The notes under the pieces: generated by a model
What the model was told of the DNA's origin: nothing
Seen by the model: the letters and a program-made list of their open reading frames with translations, nothing else
The model's database searches: none
Program-made: the position numbers and the translations under genes
Assembly: GCA_023515725.1 (NCBI GenBank)
Contig: JALDTO010000155.1
Coordinates: 407,147 to 471,146 of the forward strand
Source: Amoeboaphelidium protococcarum X5
Lineage: Eukaryota; Fungi; Aphelidiomycota
DNA: 64,000 nt
Direction: 5' to 3'
Shown here: piece after piece, positions 1-12,952 of the stretch
Layout of the letters: each line of letters starts with the position of its first letter
Numbering within the stretch: position 1 is the first letter of the stretch

Positions 1-600
1 GACAGCCTCCTGAAAAGATGGCGGATTAGCCGGTACGAGAACTGTATGGTCGGACTGAACGGTTGAAGAGTATTACGGAAGCTATTCTTCTTACTGATTC
101 TATGGAGTTACGGAGCCTAGCAGAGAAGTAGTCACATATGTGTACAGACTGTAAAATTCTTACGCGCCACCCTTCTTGAAATGCAGCGATAGATTACCAG
201 GAGCCCTGAGACCACCACCAGGATAAGGTATAACTAGCGCTTGAACATCTTCGCCACCAATCAACGAGCGACTCAACGTTAAACTCTACAGATACTTGCC
301 ATCAGGCGGGTTGATGTTGCGTTCAAGAGGAATATCGAGGCTTTAGAACTGTTTCTAAGGTGGCATACAAAAGTAAACCAGGCGAATATTGGTAAGATAT
401 AGAACACCTTCATCAGCCAAGTACATGCCACCTACGCCAGGATATCCCCCACCTTGTTCCAAAGTCAATCTAATGTGCCGAGATGTGCAGAAGATTTTCT
501 CATTAGGAAACGTATTAAGCAATGGCTCTGCCAAAAATGAGCTACTGCTTGATTAGCTGCTACTTTCAGCCTGTTACACGGCAGATGCCCGATTGATCAT
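1..600 (-). CDS. WBP2-like PH-GRAM domain protein (3' end outside the window)
   Basis: TAR=Gln translation from ATG at 600: MINRAS...EGVLYLTNIRLVYF...FQSLDIPL...LHFKKGGAQEF..., which matches WBP2/GRAM motifs. Open to the window edge. Confidence 0.75.
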
Positions 601-808
601 AATTGTATGTAACTGTGACGATTAAAGACGCGTGCAAAAAGTAACAAGTGAAGCCACAATGTGAAGATCTCACCAAGTAAAAATCAAGATCAACGCGTGA
701 ACAACATCATAAAAACAATCTGTGAATTCAAGGCGTCAATTAATAAGACTAATAAAAAGTAGATTATCTTTCATAAACGTGTTTATATATTTACGTTCAG
801 TTGCGAGT

Positions 809-1155
809 TCAAGCCTTAACAACCTTCTTTGCAACGGTTCCTACAAATCATCATCAAGTGCAAATTATTAAGAATCCGATTATCTACACTCTGATTAACA
901 ATATAAAATCTCACCTTCACGGAAACCATTCTTAGCACGACGTGGGATAGTCTTCAAATAACGCATTCTACCAGTACCGGTAGTCTTTCTGCGCTGTCCC
1001 TTCTCACTCCAGTTATATGATCGAATCTTTGCAGCTGGGTATCCACACTGTGCGCAAGTCTTCTTCTAATTGTGATAAGCGCGATGTCCACAACGGCGAC
1101 ACAGCGAGTGAGTCTTTGTATGTCTCTTACCAAAAGATGTAGTACCCTTCGTCAT
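809..1155 (-). CDS. RPL37: 60S ribosomal protein L37 (eL37); intron 841-914
   Basis: [30 protein letters not shown](TAG 1066-1068)[38 protein letters not shown]...; GT..AG intron; TGA at 809-811. Confidence 0.98.
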
Positions 1156-1338
1156 TTTATATCTACTACGTGTACAGAAATAGTGTAATTCCGAGGAAAA
1201 TACCAGCTGACTACTAATCTCTTTAGCACTGCGAACGCGAAAATTCAAAAATCAAGAATTCGTAACCGACCGAAGGCGATCGCGCCCCAAAATTCTCTCG
1301 TCCAACGCGTTTCGTCACTATTACGCTACCTCACACAG

Positions 1339-2012
1339 ATGAACCTGGATTTTATAGTAGTGAGTACCTGTGTATAACATTAATAATATCTGATATGAAT
1401 ATATTGACGCGTTCAATTGCTCAGAATTCGCGATGCTTTCCTTCTGTTAGACTATAAATGTAGTCAAGGCTTTATAATAAACAATATGATCCTTCTAAAT
1501 TGCCACTGACACACTAGCTATAAAAATCCAAAGGTGGTAAAAGTCTAGACTGGCTGCACATCAAGCCTGATCCTCCAGCTATGCCAAAGATACTGCTGCA
1601 TAATGATATCACAATTACCTCATCGAAAGACGCGAACACTTCTGCTGTATTTTGTGAAATATTCAGACCAAAGCCTCTGTATGAGCATGTTTAGTAGATT
1701 TCTGAATCTGGCTAAATGTCTACTGTGAATAAAAATTGGAACAAGATTCTTCCACCTGTCGCGTATGATCATCATGGAAAGTACAAACCTCGCGATCTCA
1801 CACCAGAAGAGTTGTAGTAGATTTTAAAGCTCAATTCGGAAGACAGGATAAAATACAGACCTTCTAGATTAGGACTCAAGTTCAAATGTAGCAAAGAACA
1901 GGTGGCAAAGATTATTCAAGCGCATCGCATGTCATTTAACAAACCTCATTCTCGGCGATGGAAATGGTATTATGGAAAGAAGTATGCCTCATTCCGCGTT
2001 GAATCATCATGA
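1339..2012 (+). CDS. Probable mitochondrial ribosomal protein mL58 (MrpL20-like); intron 1360-1424
   Basis: Contains DLTPEELQQILKLNSEDRIKYRPSRLGLKFKCS, resembling the MrpL20 motif LT.E.I.EI..LR..DP..W....LA.KF.CS. Divergent from RPL37. Confidence 0.6.
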
Positions 2013-2319
2013 TGTTGATCTAATAGAACACTCATTTAATTCTTCTCTTTTAATTGTTAACAATTTTTTATCTTGTTCTCATTCACTAGCATATTCTACA
2101 TGTGTTATTATTATACTCACACAAACATATAGTCAAAGACCGATTTGGTTTCACCTGACTCTCTGGCTGAGTCATCCCGCGTCAGCCCCTTCTCTGCCTC
2201 AGTTCACTTGTGAATTTTGTTCCAGTCTATTTTCAGTCAAGATAACGCCACTCAGTTATCAAGATTGCTACCGATAAGACTGAACTTTTAATTTTCTTTT
2301 ATTTAAAAGCTTACTTAAA

Positions 2320-3189
2320 ATGGATAAAGAATACAGTAATGGAAGAGTGGACTTGAAGTTGATGAATAAAGTGCCGTAGAATGACGGTTTCATCATGATG
2401 GACGCTGATCACCAGTTGACAATTGCCGAGCATCGATCGAAACAGTCGCGGGCATGTCAAGGTGACGCGAAATAGTCTGAATCAAAGTACAAGACTGTCA
2501 TATTGTATCTAGAGCCTCCTTCAGAATCCCCATTGCATTAGTCTATAAAGAAGTATTTTGATTCGATATCACATGATAAATCTCTGCTCAATGAGGCTCA
2601 TTGTTATCATGCTCATACATCAATGACTGGATTCTTTGATCTCCCCACGCTTAACAATGATGCTCTGGCTGAAAGTCATGTTTAGTATTTGATCTAATTG
2701 GTAGATACGCTCATGCAAAAGTATTTGACTGCCACTGTGGATAGACCATTTGTCAGTCACCTGTAATGTTAATCTAACCCCTAGCAGCAGTTGTCGTGTT
2801 CAGTAAAGATACAAACTCCATAATCTTACAAGGATATGGTTGAGGAGTTGCAGTTAGTTTGGACAAATTACGTTAAATCACATCTGCACTCTAATATTGA
2901 TTCAATCGAACAGTTGAAACGGATTTAGATCAGATAGAAACCGATCGATCACATCTCACTGGCTTATACACGCGACGTATCTCTCATGGTCAATGGCTAC
3001 AGAATGGACCCGGACAAGATTAAAAGACTCCACCGCTAGGCCAAGTAGACTATTGATCTGCGCGTGAACAATGATGAGAGAGTGGATCCAACTCAAATGT
3101 GGTCCGTTGCTTTGTATGAGCTGAAAGAAAAGAGCACCACAGTTTTGCGGAAGCATTAGTTTCAATGTATTAAACGGTGGTACATTTGA
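2320..3189 (+). CDS. 2H-phosphoesterase-like protein (UBASH3/Sts N-terminal type), 289 aa
   Basis: VILYLEPP..NEAHCYHAHTSMTGFF and DHISLAY provide two HxS motifs. Intronless ORF ending in TGA. Confidence 0.7.
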
Positions 3190-3241
3190 TGTGTGTATAT
3201 TAAGTACAAATCATGATGATGTATATAAGCAATAATTTCGA

Positions 3242-4561
3242 TCATTTTCGTTAGAGTGTTAGCTCTTTTACTTTTGACATTGCATCTCGCGGGGAGGACG
3301 GTTCGGAGCGACTGTTGCCGTTTGAGGCCTGATTAACAGCAGCATCTTGATCTTATCTTACAAACTCTGGGTAATATCGAGAAAAAAAATCACAATACTT
3401 TCTCTTATATATCCATGATGTTCCATATTCTGTTCGTCCATTAGAAGCGGCAAGTCTATAATATGCGGACGAAAGTAGCCTACCATTTCCTGGGCGGAGG
3501 GACTCGTTGTAAATTTTAGCAACAGTGATCTAGGCCTCAATGTCACCGGCATCAGCAGCAAGTCGTAAATGATATAATGCAGTAGACTTGGATGCAATTA
3601 CACCTTGACCAAACCTGTAACACTGGCCAATTTCATAGAGAATAATACCGAATTCGCGCTTTGAATTTTCAAGCGATGATTTCAATGATGAAGCTGAAGA
3701 CTTGGTATCAGTAACTTGCGATTCTGCATCCTTTTACTACTTCGTCATAATTAGCAGTAGTTTTATAACATCCGCTGATTTGAATGCAGCATGCACCAAA
3801 CACGAAAATGCCAACAATTCATTAGACGTGCATCCCCATCCATGTAATAACGAAAGTCCTACTAAGAAGAAACCAATTGGAACATTGTTCAGAGCGTGCT
3901 GCAGATACGCCTAAAAAGCTTAATCTAATTTGCCGTCATCTTGCAATTTAACAGCGTCCTCGAGGGAGACATTGTTCAAAGGTACAATAGGTGACTCTTC
4001 TAGAATTTACGATGAAACTTGATCATTTGAGCTCCTAATAGACTCCAAATCCTGCTCAGCAATTGTGATATTATGCAGAGGCGACTATTGATGAACGCGA
4101 AATGATTATTGAGCCATCCTGAAAGGACTCGGCCGCTAATCCATCGGAGTCTATGCGACTGACACATATCCAGATGAATCAAGATAATCTAGTACATGCA
4201 ACATACTCAAAGCATTATTCGTCGTAGATGATGATAGTTTAGTGGCGCTTTGAAAAGGCGCTTTCTTCTTGTTATAAATTGACTACTCAGATAACAGTTA
4301 CAGGTTATCGAGACGTTGCTGAGACGACGTAGATAATGCGGTCGCATTGAAACTTGATAGACCAGATTTGCTTGGCTAATCAGTCAAAATACGCCTTATA
4401 TTTTCATCGGACCTCTTCACCTCCTCTTATTATATCTGTAAAGTCTTTAATTGAGACACAACCTCATCAATTGACAAAGCATTTGGATTGAGGGGCACCA
4501 ACTTTATCAGCTCTTCAATAGGAATACAACCGCAGCGTTACAAAACTGAATGGCCTTTCAT
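3242..4561 (-). CDS. Sel1-repeat protein, Dsf2/Nif1-like, 439 aa
   Basis: GLSLLHGWGC, LYEIGQCYRFGQGV, AADAGDIEAQ, YYRLAASNG..GTSWIYKRKY. Confidence 0.75.
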
Positions 4562-4765
4562 TGACAATTTTTAAGGCTTTTAACCATCTTCTTTATCAGA
4601 TTAAAAGAGTCGACTTATAAAATTTAACATTGCTCAAGGTATTAATATTGCTATAATTATTATTGCGCAATTATCATTGTAAGAAAAGGGGATATTATGC
4701 AAAGACAGTTAAACTGTTCAGAAGCCATGAACTTTAAGGCGGAAAGCTAAAAATAGCATAATCAT

Positions 4766-5557
4766 TCATTACAATTTATTTTCCATCAGTTCTATGCTCT
4801 ATAATAAACTAGACACCACGTGGTCTAAAGTAGATTCATTAAAAATATTCGTCAGCGGAATCTCGTTATGTATAATGGAATGAGCTTGCTATTGACTACA
4901 TTGGACTTGATCCGTGGTAAAATGGCAGTCACTACCACAGCTATCCTTTCCAAAAATCCAAAAACTAAAGTACCAGCTATTCACCAATTTCTTTACTGTA
5001 GGAACTGCAACAATGCCAAAGACATCTGGACAGTCAACATAGTGGTCGTTCAAACACTTGAGTCCAATTTAAAGAGCTTAGCTATCGAACAGAGCCACCT
5101 CATTAAACTTTGCAGATTTCATACTGACATGAGTGAAATACTAGTCCCCAAGTTCATTCCCAAACTTATAGGGAAGTATCACAGAAGGCATCTAACTTAA
5201 ATGACGCGTTGTTTCATCGGCAGCCTCATTTGCAACTTTTTCACTTGAAACAACACGACACGATCTTGATCGCCCTCTGCCAGAGTGCAGATCAACTTGA
5301 TAACCAGAGACTGATGGTGATAAGCCCGTTAATAAGGTCACTTCATCGCTAACTTGATGTTGATTGCCTTCACATTAAATCCATTAATCACAGCTATCAG
5401 CAAAGAATAAAGTATAATTGCATAGCTCTTCCACTTCAACTTTAAGGCCATTAGATGATGAGTACTGTCGGTTCTTATGATCTAGATGAGAGATACTGGG
5501 TCGTTCTTTTGGCTATTCAGAATGCAACTTGCCAGTTTTCAACTTGGTGAAATCCAT
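4766..5557 (-). CDS. Hypothetical protein, 263 aa
   Basis: Continuous frame MDFTKLKTG...MENKLQ* when TAR=Gln. No recognised domain. Confidence 0.6.
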
Positions 5558-5993
5558 TTACGATCCAAAATTGTAGACTTGACAATGAGAATTTACAACA
5601 ACTATATTAACGTTGAAGGTGCTCTTGAGAGCTATTGATGTATTGTGAAAGACGAATTCTAACCTTAGCGATCAGAAAGGTCAAGGAGACTATTGTGAAC
5701 TCCATAACTCGCGTTAAGCTCAAAAAATGATAACTTTTAGTATGAATGACTTAAAACGATTTGGTATAAGTTCTCATAAGATAATACTTTATTCGTTGGA
5801 ATCGACAAATTTGAGTAGCAACAATAATACACCTAATCGCCAGAAAATTAACATTAGTAGAACGATTAAAGATAACAGACGTAGTTCAGTTTCTTGCAAT
5901 TCCATTCATTCATTTAGTATTTCATTTCACGTTGCGGTATTTCAATATTTCTTTCTCTTTCTAATGCCACATTAATATGTTCAAATTAGACAT

Positions 5994-7889
5994 TCAATCT
6001 TCAGCTTTGACGCGGAGGGCGTTTAGTTCCTCAAGTTTTTGCATTTCAGCATTGATTAGATCAGTCATTAAATTCAAATTAGCCAATTCATCCACAAAAT
6101 TACGGTAGAAGTAGTTGTTTACACCATGACTGCCATAAAACTTCAACAGCTTTATTGCCAATAATTCAATTTCTGAATACTCGACAGATTACAAACGTTT
6201 CAGCAGCATTGATGGAAATTTCGGATGGCAAAGTCGATAGTCATCTTGAGAAGCGCAAATTTAATCAATGAAATCCTTGATGGCAACTGTCCTTACTTCA
6301 ACATATTTCATTAAATCATCAAGCAAATACTGCACGACTTTACAGACAGTGATTTGATCTGGTTAGATTCCACGAATGAGCAAGTGGAAGCGGTCAATAT
6401 ACGGCACGTCTTCCTAATTGTCTAGTTATAGAAAGAAACACTCAGAATCATTCCAAAACGCATAAAAATAATGATCAGCCAAGTACTTGATACACTCGGA
6501 TAAACTTTCACATTGTTTTTCTCCCAAAATATCAACTAAAAGACTCATCACAGTTGTAAAACCCAAATGAATATCAGAATTGAGTTCTTCATCACTCAAA
6601 AGGCCAGATAACATTTGTTTGCAATTTTCGCGTGTCGCACCAACATCATCGCATAAAGATTGAGAGATGGGAACAATATGAAAATTTTTCCAATTTCTAC
6701 ACCAGGCAATCCTTTCTACAACATTCTTAGCGATGGATTGATCGATTGGGAAATCGCTTGAAAGCTTTCGAGCTATCATGCTATACAGAGCATTCTCGCC
6801 ATCAGAAAACATTTCATACTCACTAACGATCTAGGCGAGCATACTAGCACATGGCTTTGATGGCAGCAGCTTTTCAAATGCAGGTAGAATAGACTTACAA
6901 AACAACTAATAAGGAATAAAACGGAACAACTTACATGCATCTTCGTGTAAACCCAGGAATTCATCATCACTTCCATCGTCGCTGTTTTCTGTCGCGGTGA
7001 AAGTCTCAATACGCGCGTTCAGCTCTTAAGTGTCATCGAGAATAATGCTCACAACTTTGTCTACTACCAGTTGGTGGCACTATTAACTGCCGAGATATTC
7101 CTCTTTAACCAGAAACTCGGCCACCAAGAAGATTTCACGGCACCAAGTTGTCAACTCAATTCTTTGCAACAAGAAATCGCGAAGTGAACCACTGTACACA
7201 GGACCGAGTACATTACAATAATCTTGAATCCTATCTATATCCAGTTCAGGCTCCAACTGTAAAATCGTAGCAAATCCATAGTCCAAGACAAATTAAGTAA
7301 AATATCCATATTTCTTAGACTTAAACGGCTTAAATCTTGAAGTTTCCAGCTAATCAGTAACCAAACAGAGTTAATCTTCACAGTTCAAACACAGTAACTC
7401 ATTCAAACCAAACTAGCCATTCAATCCCAACTCTTCATAGAATTAAGCGAAATCTTCAAATGGTGTGGCATTGACAATATTATCGTCACATTAAAATTTG
7501 GTCGATATTGCTTCAATCCAATTCGCCTGCATTTGGGAGACCAATTCCTCATCCAAGACCTTGCCAGCCTTGATGCTAAACACAAACTACTTTAGCACTT
7601 CATTACGCGTAATGCTGTCATCCAAAAAGAACAAGAAGTCATCAACGGTTTCTAATACAAGAAATAAGTAGTGGGAGATTCGAATAGCTGTCATACATGG
7701 CCCCAAAAACTTGAACAAGCAGTTTCTCACGAATAATCTGTTGGACTGAACAGTTTGATGCAGCCATCTGCAGCTCAATGACATCTACGCCAAGTCCAGA
7801 GGCGAGAGGTAGAAGGGCAGAGATGACTCTGGCTAGTTGATGAAGAATTCTAGTAATTCACTTGTTGATCCTGCGTGATTCATATTCAT
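5994..7889 (-). CDS. F-box-like orphan family, paralog A (631 aa)
   Basis: Track ORFs 7587-7784, 7083-7286 and 6426-6812 are one frame joined through TAR. N-terminal FYLSPLDLAQMSLSCRWLHQTV is F-box-like. Confidence 0.75.
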
Positions 7890-8014
7890 TGTGACTGTTA
7901 TAGTTGGAGAAGAAGTTGACTACTGGCGATCAACAAACTCGTTTCACACTTCTTTCTTCTCTCCCATCGAATCTGCACTGTAAAAGCTAATAATTACTAC
8001 CAGCTCTGGGTATA

Positions 8015-9860
8015 ATGAAGAGAACACGCGTAGAATCGTCAACTGAACTGCTAGAATTTTATCTTTACGAGTTAGATTCTGAATTATTCTCGTATTTGAC
8101 TCCAGATGCGCTATTGGAATTGTCCATGTGCAGTAAACGGTTGCAACGATTTGTGATGCAGAACAATAGATTGGTGAAATTGTGCTATTTCAAATACTTT
8201 GGGCCGTGTATGACTGCATTGAAGATTTATCAACACAAGTATATTGGATTAGAATCTACTGATGACTACACGTATTTCTTGGATGGCAGTATAACGCGTA
8301 ATTAAGCATTAAAGTAATTCCTTTTCAGTGTTAAAGCAAGACTGCTGTAAGATTAAGAGTTTGCAGCACAAATACCTGAGAATTGGATTATGGCAATGTC
8401 TATTAAGTTTATTTGTCATATTTACAACGAAGAGGGGAGATATTTTACTAACTTTTTTGAGTTCTATGAATGGTTGAGACTTATGAACTAGTTTGATAAC
8501 AATGAGCTGCTTTGTTTAGATAATGAGGACCTTCATGAAATAGTCTGCGGTCAATTACGTATTCAACTTGGTAAGCCGTTCAAGTCCAAGGAATGCGGAT
8601 TCTTTGCAGAGTACGTCTTTGAAAATGGATTTGGTATAATGATGTGGGATAAGGAAGATTTGACTCAAGATCGCGTCAATTTGTATATTAATGCTCTTGG
8701 TCCGCTATTTCGAGGGCCTATGAGCGAGTACGTTCGTTCCAGATTCAAGGACAGCGCATGGTATCGCGAGTATAAGCATTTAATACGGTACATATAAGAA
8801 GAGAACAACTTAAGTTTGGAGCAATGCTAATATATTATTGCTGATAAATTCGCGTCTAGTTTGATGTCGTCGGGTAACAGCGGAAGTACTGATAATTTCT
8901 GCGATCTTATTTGGGCTGTTTTGCTCATTCATCGCTCAACGATATAGTTGTTGAAGGGCTGACTGAAGATGCTTTTCGGCTAATTGATTACATTCCGTGC
9001 GATATATTCTGTCAAGTTGTTTTACCTGCTTTCTATCATCATAGGCCGTCAAATCGAGTCTCAAGCATCCTTATTTGGTTCGCTGTACATTAATGTATGT
9101 TTGATGATCCTTCTAATAGTATGTATAAAATGATTGCTGCTAAAATCACACGTGGTTCTTCTCAAGACTATTCATTTGTCATTGATATCCTATTGGTCAT
9201 TGTAAGGTGCAGAGTTTATAAATATTTTGATCTTTAGCCTATCTCTTAATCCCTGATTGCCGACGAGAGAGCTTCAATGAAATGTCGTTCTATTGTACTT
9301 GATGTTATCAATCATTGTAATGACAAGTTATAAAATCTTTGGGAATTCCTACAATAATGCGTCTATTCAAAGATATTTTTGGTCATGAGTGCGTTGAGCT
9401 TTTAATCAAAAGTATACATATGCTGGAACAATATCACTTAACAGAGAGAATGGATCTTGACTAACAGTGGCACGAGGTCTCCTAAGAGGAACGATAGTAT
9501 TATAAAGCTTTCAATTCCGGATATCATTCGTTATCTGTCAGCTCAATTGTATCACATCTGCTTCAGGAATTGTTTATCGATTATCCGCTCTCCAGTTATG
9601 CAATTGAGTAATACTTTACTGAAATCTGGTTTGCAGAGTGCACAGTATGCCGTCCGTATTTTTCGATAATGCTGTTGGAACTTTTAAAATCGCTTGATTA
9701 TCCGCGTATCGAATCGTGCATTATAAAATTGCTGTACGTGTATGACCGCAAGGATTCAAATGGCGATTCTTTCCAAACGTTAGTTGAAGAATTGACAGTG
9801 AAAGATTTTATGACTGATCAAGTTCACTATCAAGTTGAAGAACTGTAGAGATACGCGTGA
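8015..9860 (+). pseudogene. F-box-like orphan family, paralog B, with two frame discontinuities (about 8870-8950 and about 9325-9340)
   Basis: Aligns with paralog A along its whole length (GPCMTA, KPFKSK, PISQSL, LG.PT, C.P.F..MLL) but across three reading frames. A GT-AG intron at 8874-8947 could repair the first shift; only a weak donor repairs the second. Confidence 0.55.
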
Positions 9861-10127
9861 ATCTTGAACTCCTTGGATATTTGATGAGAACTGGCATTGA
9901 ATGAACAATCTCAATTTGAAATACAATTGCTTCTTATTATTTAGCTTACGTACTTGAAACGCTTGCTCGTGAATATATTCTTTTGTTTCTATTCTCCCAT
10001 CTGTCTGATTAGAAACGATTTGATCCAATCAGATTTAAGCCGACTGGACTAAAACATTTCACCTAAATACTTAATCCCTCCATCCGTTGAAAATTTCATC
10101 TTAATCTTGCAATAAAATTAAGGAATA

Positions 10128-12557
10128 ATGATGTTGTACCATTTTCTCTTTGTGCCCGATCAGTCTCTGCATAAGTATCTCAGCCCCAAAGATTTACTGG
10201 AATTATCCTTGAGTACAAAGTGGCTATAATCGTTTGTGCAGGAGGAAAAGAAGTTTACACGCGATTTGTACTGGCATTATTATGGACCTAGACTCGCTGC
10301 ATTCCGCATTAAAGATCACCCATATCTGAATTTGCATTCGAAATAGGATTATTTGTATTTTATGCACGATAGTCTGCGCACTATACTCATTGACGATGTC
10401 TCACTGCATCGATAAGATCCTCTATCCTGGTTGCCTCCTGAAGAAGTTGATGAAGTAATTAGTTAAGCTTGGCGAGATGCTATTAATGAATTTGTAAATC
10501 GGCAAATTAAATCAAGTAATGGCTAGTCTAAAATCTATACACCATCCAAAAATGCGTAGGATGAAGCTTCTTCGCTTTTGAAATCTGTCGTGCATACTGT
10601 AGTCTAGAATGTCGATGCAGTTGATATTGCTGCGCTTTAGGCCAAGTTTGGACAAGTTGATATAACGCCGTATCGTCGCAATGCGCTCGCTAATCATGGT
10701 CATTTGTATTTGATTGAAAAACTTATTGCAGCGTAAATCTATGTAGGGTTTGAAACTGTAGTTACATTGGAAGATTTTTTTGGATTCAAAATGTCCTCAA
10801 AAGGCCACAAGCTGTTCATTGATTACCTGTGGAAAGAGTGCTAGAAAATGAGCTGGTCAGTATTTATAGGTTATACTGTGTATTTAAGGCACACCAACTA
10901 ACTACCGGATCCGATTTATCGTCGTCTATGCACTCGATATCTCAAGTTGAGTTTCACCAAATTTAGTCATTGGTAATACTAGGAAATTATAACAATTCGC
11001 GAGATGAATGAGAGTGATGGGACTGATTTTTAAATGGACAAAGGTAAGAAGTTTATCATAAATGACCGCAGATAAATTGACCTTGACTTTATCGATATGT
11101 TATCTATGGTTGATTATCGCGAGATTGAAAGCTTTCTGGGTGGTGCCCTCCAGCCAAGAAGTGAAGAAGAACGTAGAGGTTAAGAACATTTCTAGATAAT
11201 CATAGCTATACTCGATTTTTATGGTGAATTGTAGAATGTCGATAACATTATCTTCAATGATATTAAACGCGCTATAGGTTGGTATAAAGTGAATGCGTAG
11301 TCTCGTGTGGAAGCGTTTTGCAGATATGCCATCTACAACTTGCCAAATGACTATTGTCTATTTAATTAGGTTGTCAATTCAAGTGACTTGGCTAGAAAAA
11401 ATGCTATCTGGATTATGACTTAATTCGAAGATGAAAAATATCACGCTCAGGTATTTAATTTTATGCTCAGACAGATTGGCCCATTAACTTTGGACGAATA
11501 AGTGTATGCTTTCTCCAGTGTACTAAGTGCCAGATCAATAGTTAATGATATTGCGTTGGATCAACCTAAGTCATCATAAGGGTCCTCCGCATTGAATCAA
11601 ATCTCTTAATCAAGCAAGGCTTAAACTTTATAGTTGGATTAACTTTATGGTAGGATCACGTGTATGGTTGAAAAGCTTGGTGGATTTGATATGGTCCACT
11701 CATTTCTTGAAAGTTTTAAAATTGAATAGATTTCGACTTAATCATCGAGATTACTCTCAAGATTATTGGCAGATTTGAGTTGTAGAGATGCGTATGCTGA
11801 TGTGGAATAAATTGCAGCGCATGTTGCTCTTCAATATATTAATGGATATAATATCACGCTTGGTGTTTTGCTGTCGTCTTATCTAACTGATGGCGTTCCT
11901 TTTGCTCTCTCAGTCGCGGCTGTCAAAGAGCACTCGTCAAAAGAACAGCTATAAGCATTATGTAAATGTATGGCTGTAGAGTTCTGCACACAACTAGGCT
12001 TTGAGTAGTAACTCTATGAATCTTATGCTCATCAGTTGCTTGCTGCAATTAAAGGTCTTGAAAAGACTAAATTACCAGAGATGGCGCGTATATTAAAGTA
12101 AGTGTATGATAGTGACCATAATTTGAATATGTCTCCAGATGCTCGTAATGCCTGTCAGTAGTTATTAGTGCAAATTTTGAATACTAACACTTCTCATTCC
12201 AAGATCTATAAAGCAATACCTGCTAAAGCGTACCATGACTAGATGTGGCATTTGCTGTATCTGAATGTGCTGATTGAAATTAATAAAAGTCCAAAAAAGC
12301 TAAAATCTGAAATCTTGAATCTATGGAGCGTAATTGGTGAGCGCGTCACTGATCTCAAGTCTAATCGAGGTGTGAGTGAGATCAAAAGGTTCAAATTTGC
12401 ATTGTTGGAAATCACTTCTTCACTGTCTGACGATTCAAAAGTTAAGAAAGTGCTCGAAGAATTTTAATAGGTGGTTGAATCTGCTCAAGTCGCGCAGTCG
12501 TAGCGAGTTGAAGACATCCGCGCTGAGAATAAAGCCAAGAAGGCCCGTGTTTAGTGA
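10128..12557 (+). CDS. F-box-like orphan family, paralog C (809 aa)
   Basis: No in-frame TGA. N-terminus KYLSPKDLLELSLSTKWLQSFV...YYGPRLAAFRI...DYLYFMHDS is shared with A and B. C-terminal KAKKARV. Confidence 0.75.
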
Positions 12558-12952
12558 TCGATTTACGGAAGAAGGTGGCACATTAGCGAGTGAATTAATT
12601 TTGGAATGAATAATAGCACATTTTATCAAAGTATTATTCTTTTAAACAAACCTTTGCCCACCTTTAGCTCTTATTCCAGTAAAAGACGGCAACAAGTAAA
12701 TGGCTGAGATCAAAAATCCTATTTCTCGCTCACCACCGTTTGATCGATCGGAAGTTGGAAATTTCTCACGAGTCAGGCGACGGCCATTTTGCAATTTTTG
12801 CTGCTAAATTTAACAAACTCGAGATAACAATTGTTGTTGGTTGCTAATATTATTTTATTCTTGACATCTTGCTAAATTATTAAATATTAAAAAGAGTCGG
12901 AATACTATCTGCAGTTATATTATCCATTATATTATTGTATATCCGCCATAGC

